Below are positions 29,610 through 40,161 of a stretch of DNA of 64,000 nt, piece by piece (position 1 is the stretch's first letter; every line of letters begins with the position of its first letter). Under the pieces are notes generated by a model. The model saw only the letters and a list, made by a program, of their open reading frames with translations, was not told the origin of the DNA and made no database searches. The DNA lies in NCBI GenBank assembly GCA_965240325.2, contig OZ251249.1:62001-126000 (forward strand), in the 5' to 3' direction. This DNA is from Rebecca billardiae RCC1528. Lineage: Eukaryota; Protista; Haptophyta. The position numbers and the translations under genes are program-made.

Positions 29610-32600
29610 CACAGCGCAGGATTCCGGCGGGAAAAGATGTCGTAAGGCCCCCCGCCGCGCGCGGAAATTCAGTATGGCTGCCGACGACGCGGCGAGGGCG
29701 CGGCGACGCGCGCGCGCGATCCCGGACGACTCGAATGAATTTCCAAACCGGCGCTGGGCAGGCCCCAGCCATCGCTCGTCGCGTTTTGGCCGTGTTGCAA
29801 CTGGCCCGCGGAGCAGCCGACGAGCAACGTTGTCAGGTGAGCGCTCGTGCACGCGACTCAGATGTGCCCACTGCATGCACTGGCCAAGACTTGGGCGTGG
29901 ATATGTGCGAGACGTACCAAGTGTCTCAGCCAGCCACCGTGTACCACGGACAGGCCTGGCTCAGGGCCCTGCCGAATTGATTTCAGCGTCGCGATGAGCT
30001 GCGCGGTGATCGCTGCTCGGCTCTGGCAGCCAGTTGGTTCCACGTCCTCGTCAACGCCGGCTCATCTGCGTGGTGGAGAGCTTCTTAAGGGCACGTTCGT
30101 GGTCAACGGATGCGCATGAGCCTGTAGGGCCCCTTCGTCCGTCTCGCCCCGCCGTTCAAGCGCTCTGGCCCTGTTCGCGCTCGTGCTTGCACTCGTCGGC
30201 AAAGGAGCCATTGCCAAGGTGATCGTGCACGTGTGCGCGCGCGCGATGCGGCGCACGAGGCTGACCCTCGCGATGATATTCTAGCTGCGGCCCTGCAATT
30301 AGGCCGAACGCTGAACTCACCGTCAATGCGTGCCGTCCATCGCGTGCTCCGCAGGTTCGCAATCACTCGCGGCAGCGGTGAATGCAGCACTCAATCCGTG
30401 ATTGCGGTAGCGTGGAGCATCTGCTCGTCTCGGCTGAGCTCCGCTCGGGACAGAGGGCGAACTCACGATGGACGAAGCTGGACACGTCCAGGTGAGCGTA
30501 CGCAGGTAGCCACCGTTGCGTGCGACAGCCCCGACCAACCCGCTCCAGCCGCTGTCGGCCCGAGAAGAGCCCTGCCGCGGCGCAGACGATACGCGCTGCG
30601 GCGGGCGCTCTGCCTTGCTCAGCTTGCGACTCGCCTGGCTCCTGCCTCACATGGCGGTGGGCGCGCCCAATACGCGCAGCAGGCGGGTCGGCGCAGGTGG
30701 CCTGTCGCCTCTGGCATCGCCCAAGCTGGCAGCCCTGCCACCGCCCCATCAGCCCGCCTTCGGCGCTGGCCGTCGGCGGCGGGCCACACGCGCGGCAGTG
30801 GGCCACCGCTGGCCGCGCTCGCGCGAGCGCGCAGCAGGTGGCTCGTCAGCGTCGGCGGTCTGCCGCTGCAGCCCGCCTTCGAGCGGTCTGCCACGCCACC
30901 GCAGCACTGCGCGCCGTCGACGCTGGCGGCCAGCTTCTGCCCAACAGAGCTCAGGTCGGCACGCCGCCGTTGATGGCACTGGGTCTGGAGTGGTCGTCGT
31001 CGACGCGGGCGACGGTGGGCGCGGTGGAGGCTACGGCGCGATTGGCGGCGCCGCTGCCGAGCGAGGCGGGCGGGCTCGCGCTGGCGGCAGACTGTGACCG
31101 TGACTGCCGGATGGCGCGGCGGGCTCGGCGGCCGAGTCGGCGGCGCCGCCGCACGGCGATGGCAGCGGCGCGGTCCGCGCCTGCGCGCGGCCGTCGTCAT
31201 TCATATCCGCGCAGTCGCGCACCGTCAGCGGCCGCGGGCCGCGCCGTGCTCGGTGCTGCGCGCGTGATTCGTCGTGTCTCGTGAACGTCGTCAGTCTCAG
31301 CAGTCGGACGACGTGCCAGCACGCTGACACAGACTATACCTGACTCTGACGACCTGACGGCTGATTTATGCCGCTGCCCGGCCGCCGCCGGCTGGCCCGC
31401 GTGGCTCGGCCGGCATCGTGGCCCCGGCCGGCGGGCCGCGTCGCCAGCGCGCCGCCCGCGGCCGCGGCCGCGCGGGGCCGGGAACCGTGGGCAGTGCGTG
31501 TGGCTGCGCCAGCGGCAGCGGGTCGTCATCTGCGGTGCCAGTGCGCGACTTATTAGCGGATGCGCTCATCAGCAGTGACGACCTGGGCGAGTCTTGAGTC
31601 TGATGATCGACGACGAGTCTGGTCGGGTGCTGACGACTATACTAATAATCCGCGGCGCGTCGACAGCTTCCCTCCGCGCCGAGCCGAGTGCCTGAGTGAT
31701 TACCGCGGTGCCCGAGTCACTACTGAGCCGAGTCACACCTGGGTGCCGAAGTCGTAGGCGCGGCGAGCACGCAAGCATGCGATGCGTCTTGTCCACCGCC
31801 CGGCCTGCGTGCGCCATCGCCGTCTTTGCGCGGCCGACTCGAGCTGTCTGCTGCGCGGTCGCACGACCAGCATGGCCGCCTCGCTGCTAGAGCCAGACCG
31901 GTGCAGCACCACGGCAAGTGTGCTCGCACAACACTCGCAACGATCGAGTGCGGCGATGGGCGAGCTGCGCCTTGGGTATGGCTGCGACGTTGAAGAGAGT
32001 GCCGTGCCCCATCACAGCCCTCGTGCCGAGGTACACGCGCCCGTGAATATGCGCGCTCTCGGTCATCGGCATCTCCGCGCGCTCGAGACAGCGGATGCGC
32101 TGGCCGAGACCGGATGGACGTGTGCAGCCAGGGCTCCGTCAGCTGCAAGTTGTCAACTGCGCGCACGACACGCGGGTTTCGGGCGAGAATTGTCCATAAG
32201 TCGGTGATGCTCTTGCCATGGCAGATGCGCCGCATGCCGTCCAGCGCATCGTCGCCGAGCCGAGGGGTCGCTGCGCGCGCCACGACGGTCGAGCGACTGC
32301 CGCTGATCATCAGGTGTAGGCGCCCATGGCACGTGCGCGCGTCCACGCGGTGCAGCGAGTGCCCAAGGTGCGTCGAATGGCCCGATCGAGGCGGGGTGCA
32401 CTCCTCTGGAGGGTACGTCACTGCTCAGCCGCAGAGCCGCGGGCAGCTCGTTCGTCTCCACCCCGTCCCACCGTCAGGTACTCGCTCGACTTGATCGTCG
32501 ACTCGTCGCTCTGCAGCAGCGCAGCTGTGTTGCGCACGCGTCTGGAACCAGCACGCATGGTCTTGGTGCCGGTTGGCGTCGATATACCAGAGCCCACATC

Positions 32601-33211
32601 ACGTGATATGCGCCGCACCAGTCGTTGCCCGCCAGGCCCTCATCCGGCTTCGCCATGGCCTGCGCGACGGTCGGTCGGATCGCGGCGAGCGGTTGGGCGG
32701 GGGTGGGGTCACTCGACGTTTGTGTCGTGCTTCGTGCAGTTTTTGCGCTGCAGGGCGCGCGGACCACGGCAATCGCATGGCAGCCCTGACCCCAGCAACA
32801 ACCACTTATTCACCGAACCCCGCCAGATACCAGCTTCTCGCGCCGCGCGTGTCGCAAGCCGCACACCAGCCATTTCTCGAGCGGTCGGTGCACGCGTGGG
32901 CACATTGGCCGATCGACGAGCCGGTGGCGAGCCTCTACCGCGGGGTAGTAGTGGGGAACACAACAGCACACATGCACATCAACAGCGATCGATCGAACGC
33001 GCCGGCGCTGGTCGGCATCGCCGCCGTCTTCGCTCGCCCCAGGGTCGAGAAGCCCGTCGGGAGCGCACTTTCGCGCGACGCCGCCGTCCGAACGCGCCTC
33101 GTCGCGACCGTTCGGGCGACCGGAGGCCATTTCGGGCTAGACCATTTTCGGCGATTTTCCCGGATATTACCTTACGACACTGGAAAATCGGATCCCTGCG
33201 CTGTGGTCGTG
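29610..33211. mobile_element. Non-autonomous DNA element with CAC..GTG ends, bipartite imperfect TIRs and 5-bp TSD (Transib/CMC-like)
   Basis: Left end CACAGCGCAGGATTCC..TGTCGTAAGG; right end (reverse complement) CACGACCACAGCGCAGGGATCC..TGTCGTAAGG. TAATG at 29605-29609 and 33212-33216. The interior is decayed coding-like DNA. Confidence 0.65.
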
Positions 33212-33216
33212 TAATG

Positions 33217-33310
<94 letters not shown>
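33217..33310. repeat. (TA)n microsatellite
   Basis: Directly visible. Confidence 0.98.
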
Positions 33311-33313
<3 letters not shown>

Positions 33314-33483
33314 CTGCATCATCACTTGCGATCGATTATTATAGTATATAGAGTAGTACGTGACGACGATCGGACTACTACCGTGTGCCACGCGGTCAGC
33401 CCGGACGCTGCGCGCATATACAGGCAATCGCGGGCAATAATAAGGACGAGCTGTCACGTTAAGAAACTGGGGCGCTTGCTATC

Positions 33484-36400
33484 TGTCAGGGAACGCGTCT
33501 CGAGGCTTGACGGTCGCGAGGTCGGTCGACGGCTTCGGCTGTTGTTTGCGGTGGTGAGCTCAGCGTGTTTTGAGTGATCGGCTCATGTTTCGTTCACGAG
33601 TTTCGGAAGCATCTAGAATGCTTCCAGATGCCGCCGCCAGCCATGCTGTCCTGCTGTATTTTAGGATGAGGTTCAGGTTGATTTTGGAGGATTTTGTGCG
33701 AGCGCCGCCGCAGCGGTCGCGCCGCCACTGTGTGACTGCGAGTAAAATGTTGGATTGGAAATTGGAAATCACTGTAGATTGGCGATTCCTTTGACACCCC
33801 CCCTCAATCCAATATGCGCTCGTCTGTGAGGACTAAGCTTGGATTATGAGTGATTTTGGGCTTGGTATTGTTTGTGCATCTGTGTGCATGAGTGAATTGG
33901 AGTCAGTAATGGTTGCCAATGCCAGGATACGGGTCATGTGCTGGGACTTCCGTGTGACGGTTTTGGGTAACCCGAGTCAGTCCTGGGCTTATTTGCACCA
34001 TATGTTCACTCTTTGGCCTTGATTTTGGACCTTGTTATTGGGTCATGCCCTGCCTTGATAGTTAATCATAGGCATCCGGAGCAGGAATATCCAGGAAATG
34101 GATACGCTCCTTGGGAAATTTGTTGGCTCCCTTGTTTTTGCCTTTGTTGTAATTGTTGGCGTTGGGGCGTAGCTCTGGGTGGAGCTTCCAACACTGCTGG
34201 GCAGTATGGTTCTTGAGACCACAGTGAGTGCACCGTTTGCCGGTGTCCGAGTTATTCGGCCCGCTCTCGCCATTGGCTGGAGCCTTTTGGGCCTGAGCGG
34301 CGAAGACTTCGGCGCCCTCAAAGTCACCGCGTCGCCGCGTGCCTTGCTGATAATCAGCATTTTGGCGTATCTTGGAATAATTTTCGGTCTCTCTCCCCTT
34401 GGTATTGTTCTGATGGAGTAGCTTCATTGAGCCGTGCCGTTTGTAGGCATCTTCCATCTGGGCCATTATCTGGTCAGTGTTATCCACACATTGCTCGGGC
34501 GTGAGCGCTCCGAAGTGCGAGATAACTGACTCGTAGACTTGGGGATGGTCGTGCATGCTGTTATACAGCTTGAAGACCAACATCGTAGCATCGTCCAGAT
34601 TCCCATATCGAGATGAGCGGACTTGCTCGACGGATTTCTTGATAATGTCCGATGCGCCAATGGGCGACACCTTTGTCGGGTATAACTTCAGGAATTCATC
34701 CCTGAGTTCGGACATAGTTGTGATCTTGAGCTCGCGCTCAAATATCTGTAGCAGCAGCGCCAGATCCAAGTAGTTCTTGGTCGGATCGCTGATGTGCAGC
34801 TTCGATTCCAGATAGGCGAATAACTGAGGCTCAATAGAGTCCTTCAGCTGCTTGAATATCGCTGCCGCAGATCGATCGTAGACCGATCCGATCTTGTTGG
34901 CGTCAGCGTTGTCAGCCTTGTATGGATCGATTTTGGCTGCGTCTTTCACCCATTTGTCTTTGGCAATGAGTTGAAAGCCGGATAGCTTGCTATTTTTGGG
35001 CTCCATTATGTCAGGTGTGACATCTGAGGATTTGCCCTTGTAGTAGGTGCTCACTTCTGCGAGTGCATCCCGTATCGCGCTGTGTACCGCGCGCTTGGAT
35101 TTCAGAGCCGACTGTGTCAGCTTGTGTGTGGCGGGTGTATCCACTCCTGCCGAGGATTCGCGTGCCATGAACACACGTTCCTTCTTGGTTGGATTAGAGT
35201 CTGTGACTCCTCCTTCGATGACTATCCAGTCACGTTTCTTCGACTCAAGTGCATTGGTCGATGTGTCGCGCGCGCTCTGTGGCGATTCGCGCTCTACCTT
35301 CGAGCGAGGAGTGACCCTCGTCGAGGCTGTGGTGCCTTCTTTGGGCTTCTTCACGCTCGTTCTGTCCAGCGGTGATGCATGTGCATCCGCGGCAGCTTCG
35401 GCGGAATACTCTTGCTTGCAAGAGTGTGGCGTTGTGATGGCTGACGCAGCTGATGCATGCGCACGCGCGTCGCGCTCGCCAACTTGGTTTTGCTGCGGCT
35501 TTGCCGTCAAGCAGGTGTATGATGCCCCCCCTGCATCGCATGCGCTTCCTACGTTCGACGCGAGTCGATACGTGCCAGACGAGGACTCTGCCGTCTCTGC
35601 GGCGGTCATCTCGCGGCTGCTTGTGTCGCTCGTGGCGAGCAGCTCGGCTTCGGAAGCCATCGTGAGGCTGGTAATTTTGGGGTAAACGTATTTGTTTGGG
35701 TCAGGCGCATCAACAATAAATGCGGCCGCTGACTTAATGCTTGAGTTCGCTGTGACAGAGTCACGCGTCGTCGCATCTTGGAGCATAGTTTGCTCTGCCA
35801 GACCATACAGGTCGTTTGAGTCGCACTCATCGGTGCTAACAAGGTCATCGTTCGATCGGTCAGACTCAGACACAGAGTCGTGCGAGCGAGGCTGCAGACT
35901 GACTGCGGTCACGACCGCGCTGTCATTGGCGGCGGCCAGAAGGCCAGCACGCCGAGCAGCGTTGGCAGGCTCGAGGGCCTCGACGGTCGGAGCGGCATCA
36001 GCGGCAGCAGCGTCGAGCGCTACATCTGCCCCGGAACGCTCGGTGACCTCGTTCGATGACTCGGAGGCCGCAAGGCACTCCTTGAGCTGCGGGCTCTCAG
36101 CCGCGCGCTCTTGAACCGCGCTCGCGGGCGCAGAGTCCCGGGCGGTAGTTGTTGAGATCCCCTGCGCAACGACGTGCGTGCGGATGGAGTGGCGCGATGG
36201 CGGGGGGATGCGAGCGGCAACGCTCCTCCTCACCGCGCTGTGCGCGAACCTCCTCCTCAAGGTGATCCTTGATGTCGGCTCGAGGCCTTGCGTGCGATGC
36301 AGCATTGCGCGCATACGACACGATGCTGCCTGAGTTCAGGTCAGCGATGTTGCCAGGCCCGGAGGCGCTGGAGATGGGCTTGCGGAGAAGCGTGAGCTTC

Positions 36401-36945
36401 TCGCCTTGCCGGTTCTTCTCAGCCTGCATGCCCCTCAGGGCAGCCGCGAGGTAGTCTGGCGTGCGCTTGCGCGCAACCGCCGATGAGCCGCGCGGCATTG
36501 CCGCGCGCTCGGCCACGCCTGGCTTCAACCCAATGAGGGGAGCAACTGGGGCGGGCTGATGGCCGTTCACGTCCTTGCCGCTGTTCTCATCGTCTCCATC
36601 CTTGCCCAAGTTCTCCCAGCACCGTGCTAGCATGTCAGGGAACGCGTCTCGAGGCTTGACGGTCGCGAGGTCGGTCGACGGCTTCGGCTGTTGTTTGCGG
36701 TGGTGAGCTCAGCGTGTTTTGAGTGATCGGCTCATGTTTCGTTCACGAGTTTCGGAAGCATCTAGAATGCTTCCAGATGCCGCCGCCAGCCATGCTGTCC
36801 TGCTGTATTTTAGGATGAGGTTCAGGTTGATTTTGGAGGATTTTGTGCGAGCGCCGCCGCAGCGGTCGCGCCGCCACTGTGTGACTGCGAGTAAAATGTT
36901 GGATTGGAAATTGGAAATCACTGTAGATTGGCGATTCCTTTGACA
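33484..36945 (-). mobile_element. Gag-only (TR-GAG-like) Copia-type LTR retroelement
   Basis: 313-bp TG..CA LTRs at 33484-33796 and 36633-36945, with no difference seen. TSD CTATC at 33479-33483 and 36946-36950. Polypurine tract at ~33797-33805. No pol motifs. Confidence 0.92.
34062..36314 (-). CDS. gag: Gag-like protein with CCHC zinc knuckle
   Basis: CTHCGLKNHTAQQCWKLHPELRP is a Copia-type knuckle. The overlapping upstream ORF 36097..36633 may be a frameshifted N-terminus. Confidence 0.8.
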   Translation of the reverse strand: MRAMLHRTQGLEPTSRITLRRRFAHSAVRRSVAARIPPPSRHSIRTHVVAQGISTTTARDSAPASAVQERAAESPQLKECLAASESSNEVTERSGADVALDAAAADAAPTVEALEPANAARRAGLLAAANDSAVVTAVSLQPRSHDSVSESDRSNDDLVSTDECDSNDLYGLAEQTMLQDATTRDSVTANSSIKSAAAFIVDAPDPNKYVYPKITSLTMASEAELLATSDTSSREMTAAETAESSSGTYRLASNVGSACDAGGASYTCLTAKPQQNQVGERDARAHASAASAITTPHSCKQEYSAEAAADAHASPLDRTSVKKPKEGTTASTRVTPRSKVERESPQSARDTSTNALESKKRDWIVIEGGVTDSNPTKKERVFMARESSAGVDTPATHKLTQSALKSKRAVHSAIRDALAEVSTYYKGKSSDVTPDIMEPKNSKLSGFQLIAKDKWVKDAAKIDPYKADNADANKIGSVYDRSAAAIFKQLKDSIEPQLFAYLESKLHISDPTKNYLDLALLLQIFERELKITTMSELRDEFLKLYPTKVSPIGASDIIKKSVEQVRSSRYGNLDDATMLVFKLYNSMHDHPQVYESVISHFGALTPEQCVDNTDQIMAQMEDAYKRHGSMKLLHQNNTKGRETENYSKIRQNADYQQGTRRRGDFEGAEVFAAQAQKAPANGESGPNNSDTGKRCTHCGLKNHTAQQCWKLHPELRPNANNYNKGKNKGANKFPKERIHFLDIPAPDAYD

Positions 36946-38256
36946 CTATCTGCGGATCTTCATCTGGCCTAGACGAAACTGAGACTAGCGATTGGCTGGT
37001 TCGCTATACGCATAGTCACACTAAGAAACCGGGACTACTGTCGTCGCGGCTGACGAGTGCCGGTCCGCCGAGGCGCAGTGCCAGAGTGGGACCGGCGGCG
37101 CGCGGCCCGACTACGAGTACAGGCCAAGGATTCCCGACTTCTCCTGATGACTGACTCCTGGCCAGTGCGCGCAGCATCCATGCAACATCATGCCAGATTT
37201 GCTCCAAAATGGCCCAAATTTTTTCGTCGGCCTCGCAGGCCGGGCCTAACTAGTCACTCAGCTGGGCCGGCTCAGCCCCCCTGCGCCCCCCTCGCCTGCG
37301 CGGCGGGCGGACCTAGCTAAGAAACTGAGACTCCGTAGGCGGTCGGGCTACCGAACGGCTAAGGAACCGAGACTAGCCGTGAGATCTCTGACTTCTGCTT
37401 ATTGCCCGCGATCAGCCTGTACCGGCCGCAGCGGCCACGGTGCCCGGTGCTCGGACCGTGATGACGACCGGGTGGCGGGACGAGACTGCTGCGCTTATTA
37501 TATTATTCCGCCGCGAGCCAGGCGCAGCAGACTCTGATGGCGGGAGCAACCTACTCGCGCACACTCCTCAGTAACTCAGTGCGAGTCAGTGACTCATCAG
37601 CAAAGTATAAGCAGCGCAGTCATCGACATCGTCATCAACTACCGCGCCGCGGCGGATGTCAGCGTCAGCAGCTCGGACGAACTCCGCGCGCGCGCGGTCA
37701 GTGTCACTCATGCTGCGGCACCCGAGCGCGCACGGACGGCAGACGCGCGAGGCGACTGCCGACTCGGCCGAGGAGTACCGCGGCGTGACACGCGGCACTG
37801 TCGGCTTACTACGGTAGCTCGGCCGTCGGCATTCGGATGACGAATTATACGATGACAGCGGAAACGCAGGATCGATCGTAGTCGACCGGGCATGGCTCGG
37901 CTGCTGCATGCTGGCTCGATCGCCGTGCTGATGCTGCTGCCATCCGCCGGCGGCCGCGCGCGGCCGCAGCGAGCGCGAGCGCAGGCGGCGCCGCAGCCGC
38001 GGCCGAGTGCAGCCGCGCGGCAGTCGTCCCCCGCGCGGCGGCCGGCGCCCGAGCCATCGCGGCGCTTCGCGCCACCGCTCAGCCGCGCGCGGGGCAGTCG
38101 TGTACACGTCTGCTGTCTGCAACACAGCGACGGACCCCGCCCGGACACAGCGGCGTGCGGGCCGCCCGAGGCGCGGCGCGTGCGGGTGTGAAGCTGCGAC
38201 GGCGCCCGGTAAATGTTTAAAAGAACGCTGGAAAATCGCCAGGGACCCACCTATCA

Positions 38257-38457
38257 GCCCCGGGTGGTGCGCGTAGTGCCCGAGCATCCGGCCGCTGTGC
38301 TGCCCCTGCGCCTGCTGCTGCTGCTGCTGCTGCTGCTGCGCCAGCTGCTGCTGCAGCGCCGCCGCGCCGTGCAGCTGCGCGGCGAGCTGCGCGGCCGCGT
38401 GCGCCTGCGCCTGCGCTTGCGCGTGCGCGTGCGCCTGCGCCGCCGCGTGGTGGTGCG
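38257..38457 (-). repeat. Duplicated exon fragment of the 46411-49888 gene (source ~46569-46784)
   Basis: Shared gccccgggtggt..tagtgcccgagcatccggccg.. and the peptide QAHAAAQLAA..QQQLAQQQ..GQHxGRMLGHY. Confidence 0.85.
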
Positions 38458-38467
38458 ACAGCGATCG

Positions 38468-39486
38468 ATGCTGTTGCTGGCCTCGCGCAAGCTGCACGCG
38501 CGCAACCTCCCGCGCTCGGACTCGGATCGGGCGGCGGGCGTGTGCTCGCAGAACCACTCCATCACGATCCCCGCGATGTCGAGGGCGGTAGCGGAGAGTA
38601 TCTGCACCAACCTCGGGATGCCCGCGCCGACCGCCTCGACCGACACGCCGTTTACTCGCGCAATAAGAGCGGCAAGACGACGCGCACGTGGCTGCAGCAG
38701 GACTGCGCGGCCATGCGCGAGAACTGGCGGCTGAAGTCGGCGGGCCCGGCGGCGGCGGCGCGGTGCCGTGGGATGGGCAAGGTGCTGCAGCAGGGGACGG
38801 TGGCAGCGGTGATCATCCTGCCGCTGGAGCTCCACCACGTGCAGCTGTGGTCGAAAGAGCACGGGATGTACTCGGAGAAGCTTACGCTGGCCTTCCGCGC
38901 GGCGCGCCTCGACCTGCGCACGGACACGATCCATTGGCCGGCGTGGGGGCAGGGTGAGCGCCCCACCCGGCGCCCGCTGCGCCGCGCGCCAACGCGAGCA
39001 CTGGCAGAGACCCGTGCGTACCCCACGCGCGCGCCCCGCTCGCCGCGCAGAGGAGCCGACAGCGGAGGTGATGGCGATCCACACAGCACACGTGCGCGCG
39101 GTGGCCCAGGAGCTCGCTCGCCAACTTCAGCTCGCAGTGCGCCGAGCACGACGGCAAGCACATCAAGACGGACTTCCAGCGCAACTCGTGCAAAACCAAG
39201 GGCACGACGCGGCGGCGGAAGGACGGCCGCGTCATCCAGTTCCGGAGCCGCATCGAGTCGACCTTCCGCTTCACGTCGGCGCGGAAGATGATCGGCAAGA
39301 AGCAGAAGAAGACCAAGGGCATGAAGCTCGAGACGAACTGCAAGCTGCTCAAGCAGGCCAGGGCCGCCGCGGCGCGGGCCCGCAAGGTGCGTGCTGCGGC
39401 GCGCGCACTGGCCATACTGCACGCGTATGCTCATTGCTCACTCGCCCACCTACGCCCCGATGCGCGCGCCGCGCGCGCAGGCGTGA
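38468..39486 (+). pseudogene. C-terminal half of a RAG1/Transib-like DDE transposase (two introns, frameshifts)
   Basis: ...HVQLWSKE...WGQ[intron ~38954-39050]EEPTAEVMAIHTAHVRAVAQEL[frameshift]LANFSSQCAEHDGKHIKTDFQRNSCKTKG..., followed by a basic tail and a second intron ~39387-39480. Confidence 0.6.
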
Positions 39487-40161
39487 ATGAGCTCGCGGTT
39501 CTCCGCCGTCGGCTGCGCCCGTCACCGCGCCGCGGGGCAGGCTCAAGATTGACGCTGTTCGCGGCGCTGCGCACGGCGCGCGGGTCTGAGATGATAGCCG
39601 ACTCGTCACCTGCTGCATTCCGAACACATCTAGTGCCGGTACCCGTCAGCAGCCAGCAGCGGGGCGCGGCGGCCGTGCGAGAGAGGCTGGGGGGCGGCCG
39701 GCGGCCGTCGGCCGCCATTGTTTGTCCGCTCCGCCGCTGGGGCGTGTTCACTGTGCAAGCAGTAAAACTTAAAATAAGCCGCGCGCGCCGCCGAACCGAA
39801 AGATATATGGCGGGGTAGTTTTTCAGAGTTTTAAATTCCCCTTTATAACGGGCTCCGGGTGATCAGGCTGGCGGCCGAAGCCTCCAGCCCTACCCTGGCC
39901 AGCCCCCAACCAACCACCACCCTCACCCAACCTCAAACCACTGACCGAGACACCTAGTGTCTTGACACCACTCCACTGTGGACAGCCCGCCTCCAGAGGG
40001 GGCGGGGGTATGCCATTGCCAACAGCATACGAGCCCAACACTGTGGGGTGGTCCCAGGTACAAGCAGTGTACGGCCTTGCAATTCAAGATCATCGAGTTT
40101 GAGCCGAGTCGGCAGCAGGGGCACCCCCTAGGGTGCCCCAGTGTGGGCAGAGGGCCAGCCA

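Larger units (their letters stand above)
33421..37419. mobile_element. Tc1/mariner-like MITE (~530 bp net) interrupted by an LTR element
   Basis: TIRs CAGGCAATCGCGGGCAATAA / TTATTGCCCGCGATCAGCCTG with TA on both flanks. An empty site is visible at ~17265. Confidence 0.85.
38123..39755 (+). mobile_element. Deleted RAG1/Transib/Chapaev-like DNA transposon with RSS-like end
   Basis: Right end (reverse complement) CACAGTG-23-ACAAACAAT. Candidate left end CACAGCG at 38123, with CAA on both flanks. Internal transposase remnant. Confidence 0.6.

Noticed and set aside
38542-38640. 'EPLHHDPR' as the counterpart of the RAG1 DALH motif
   Set aside because: Third-position GC favours the other frame (…SQNHSITIPAMSRAVAESIC…) here, so it was not used as evidence.
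29610-39755. Pairing 29610 (CACAGCG-12-GGGAAAAGA) with 39755 as a 12/23 RSS pair
   Set aside because: The flanks differ (TAATG vs CAAGC), the 12-side nonamer is poor, and 29610 already pairs with 33211.
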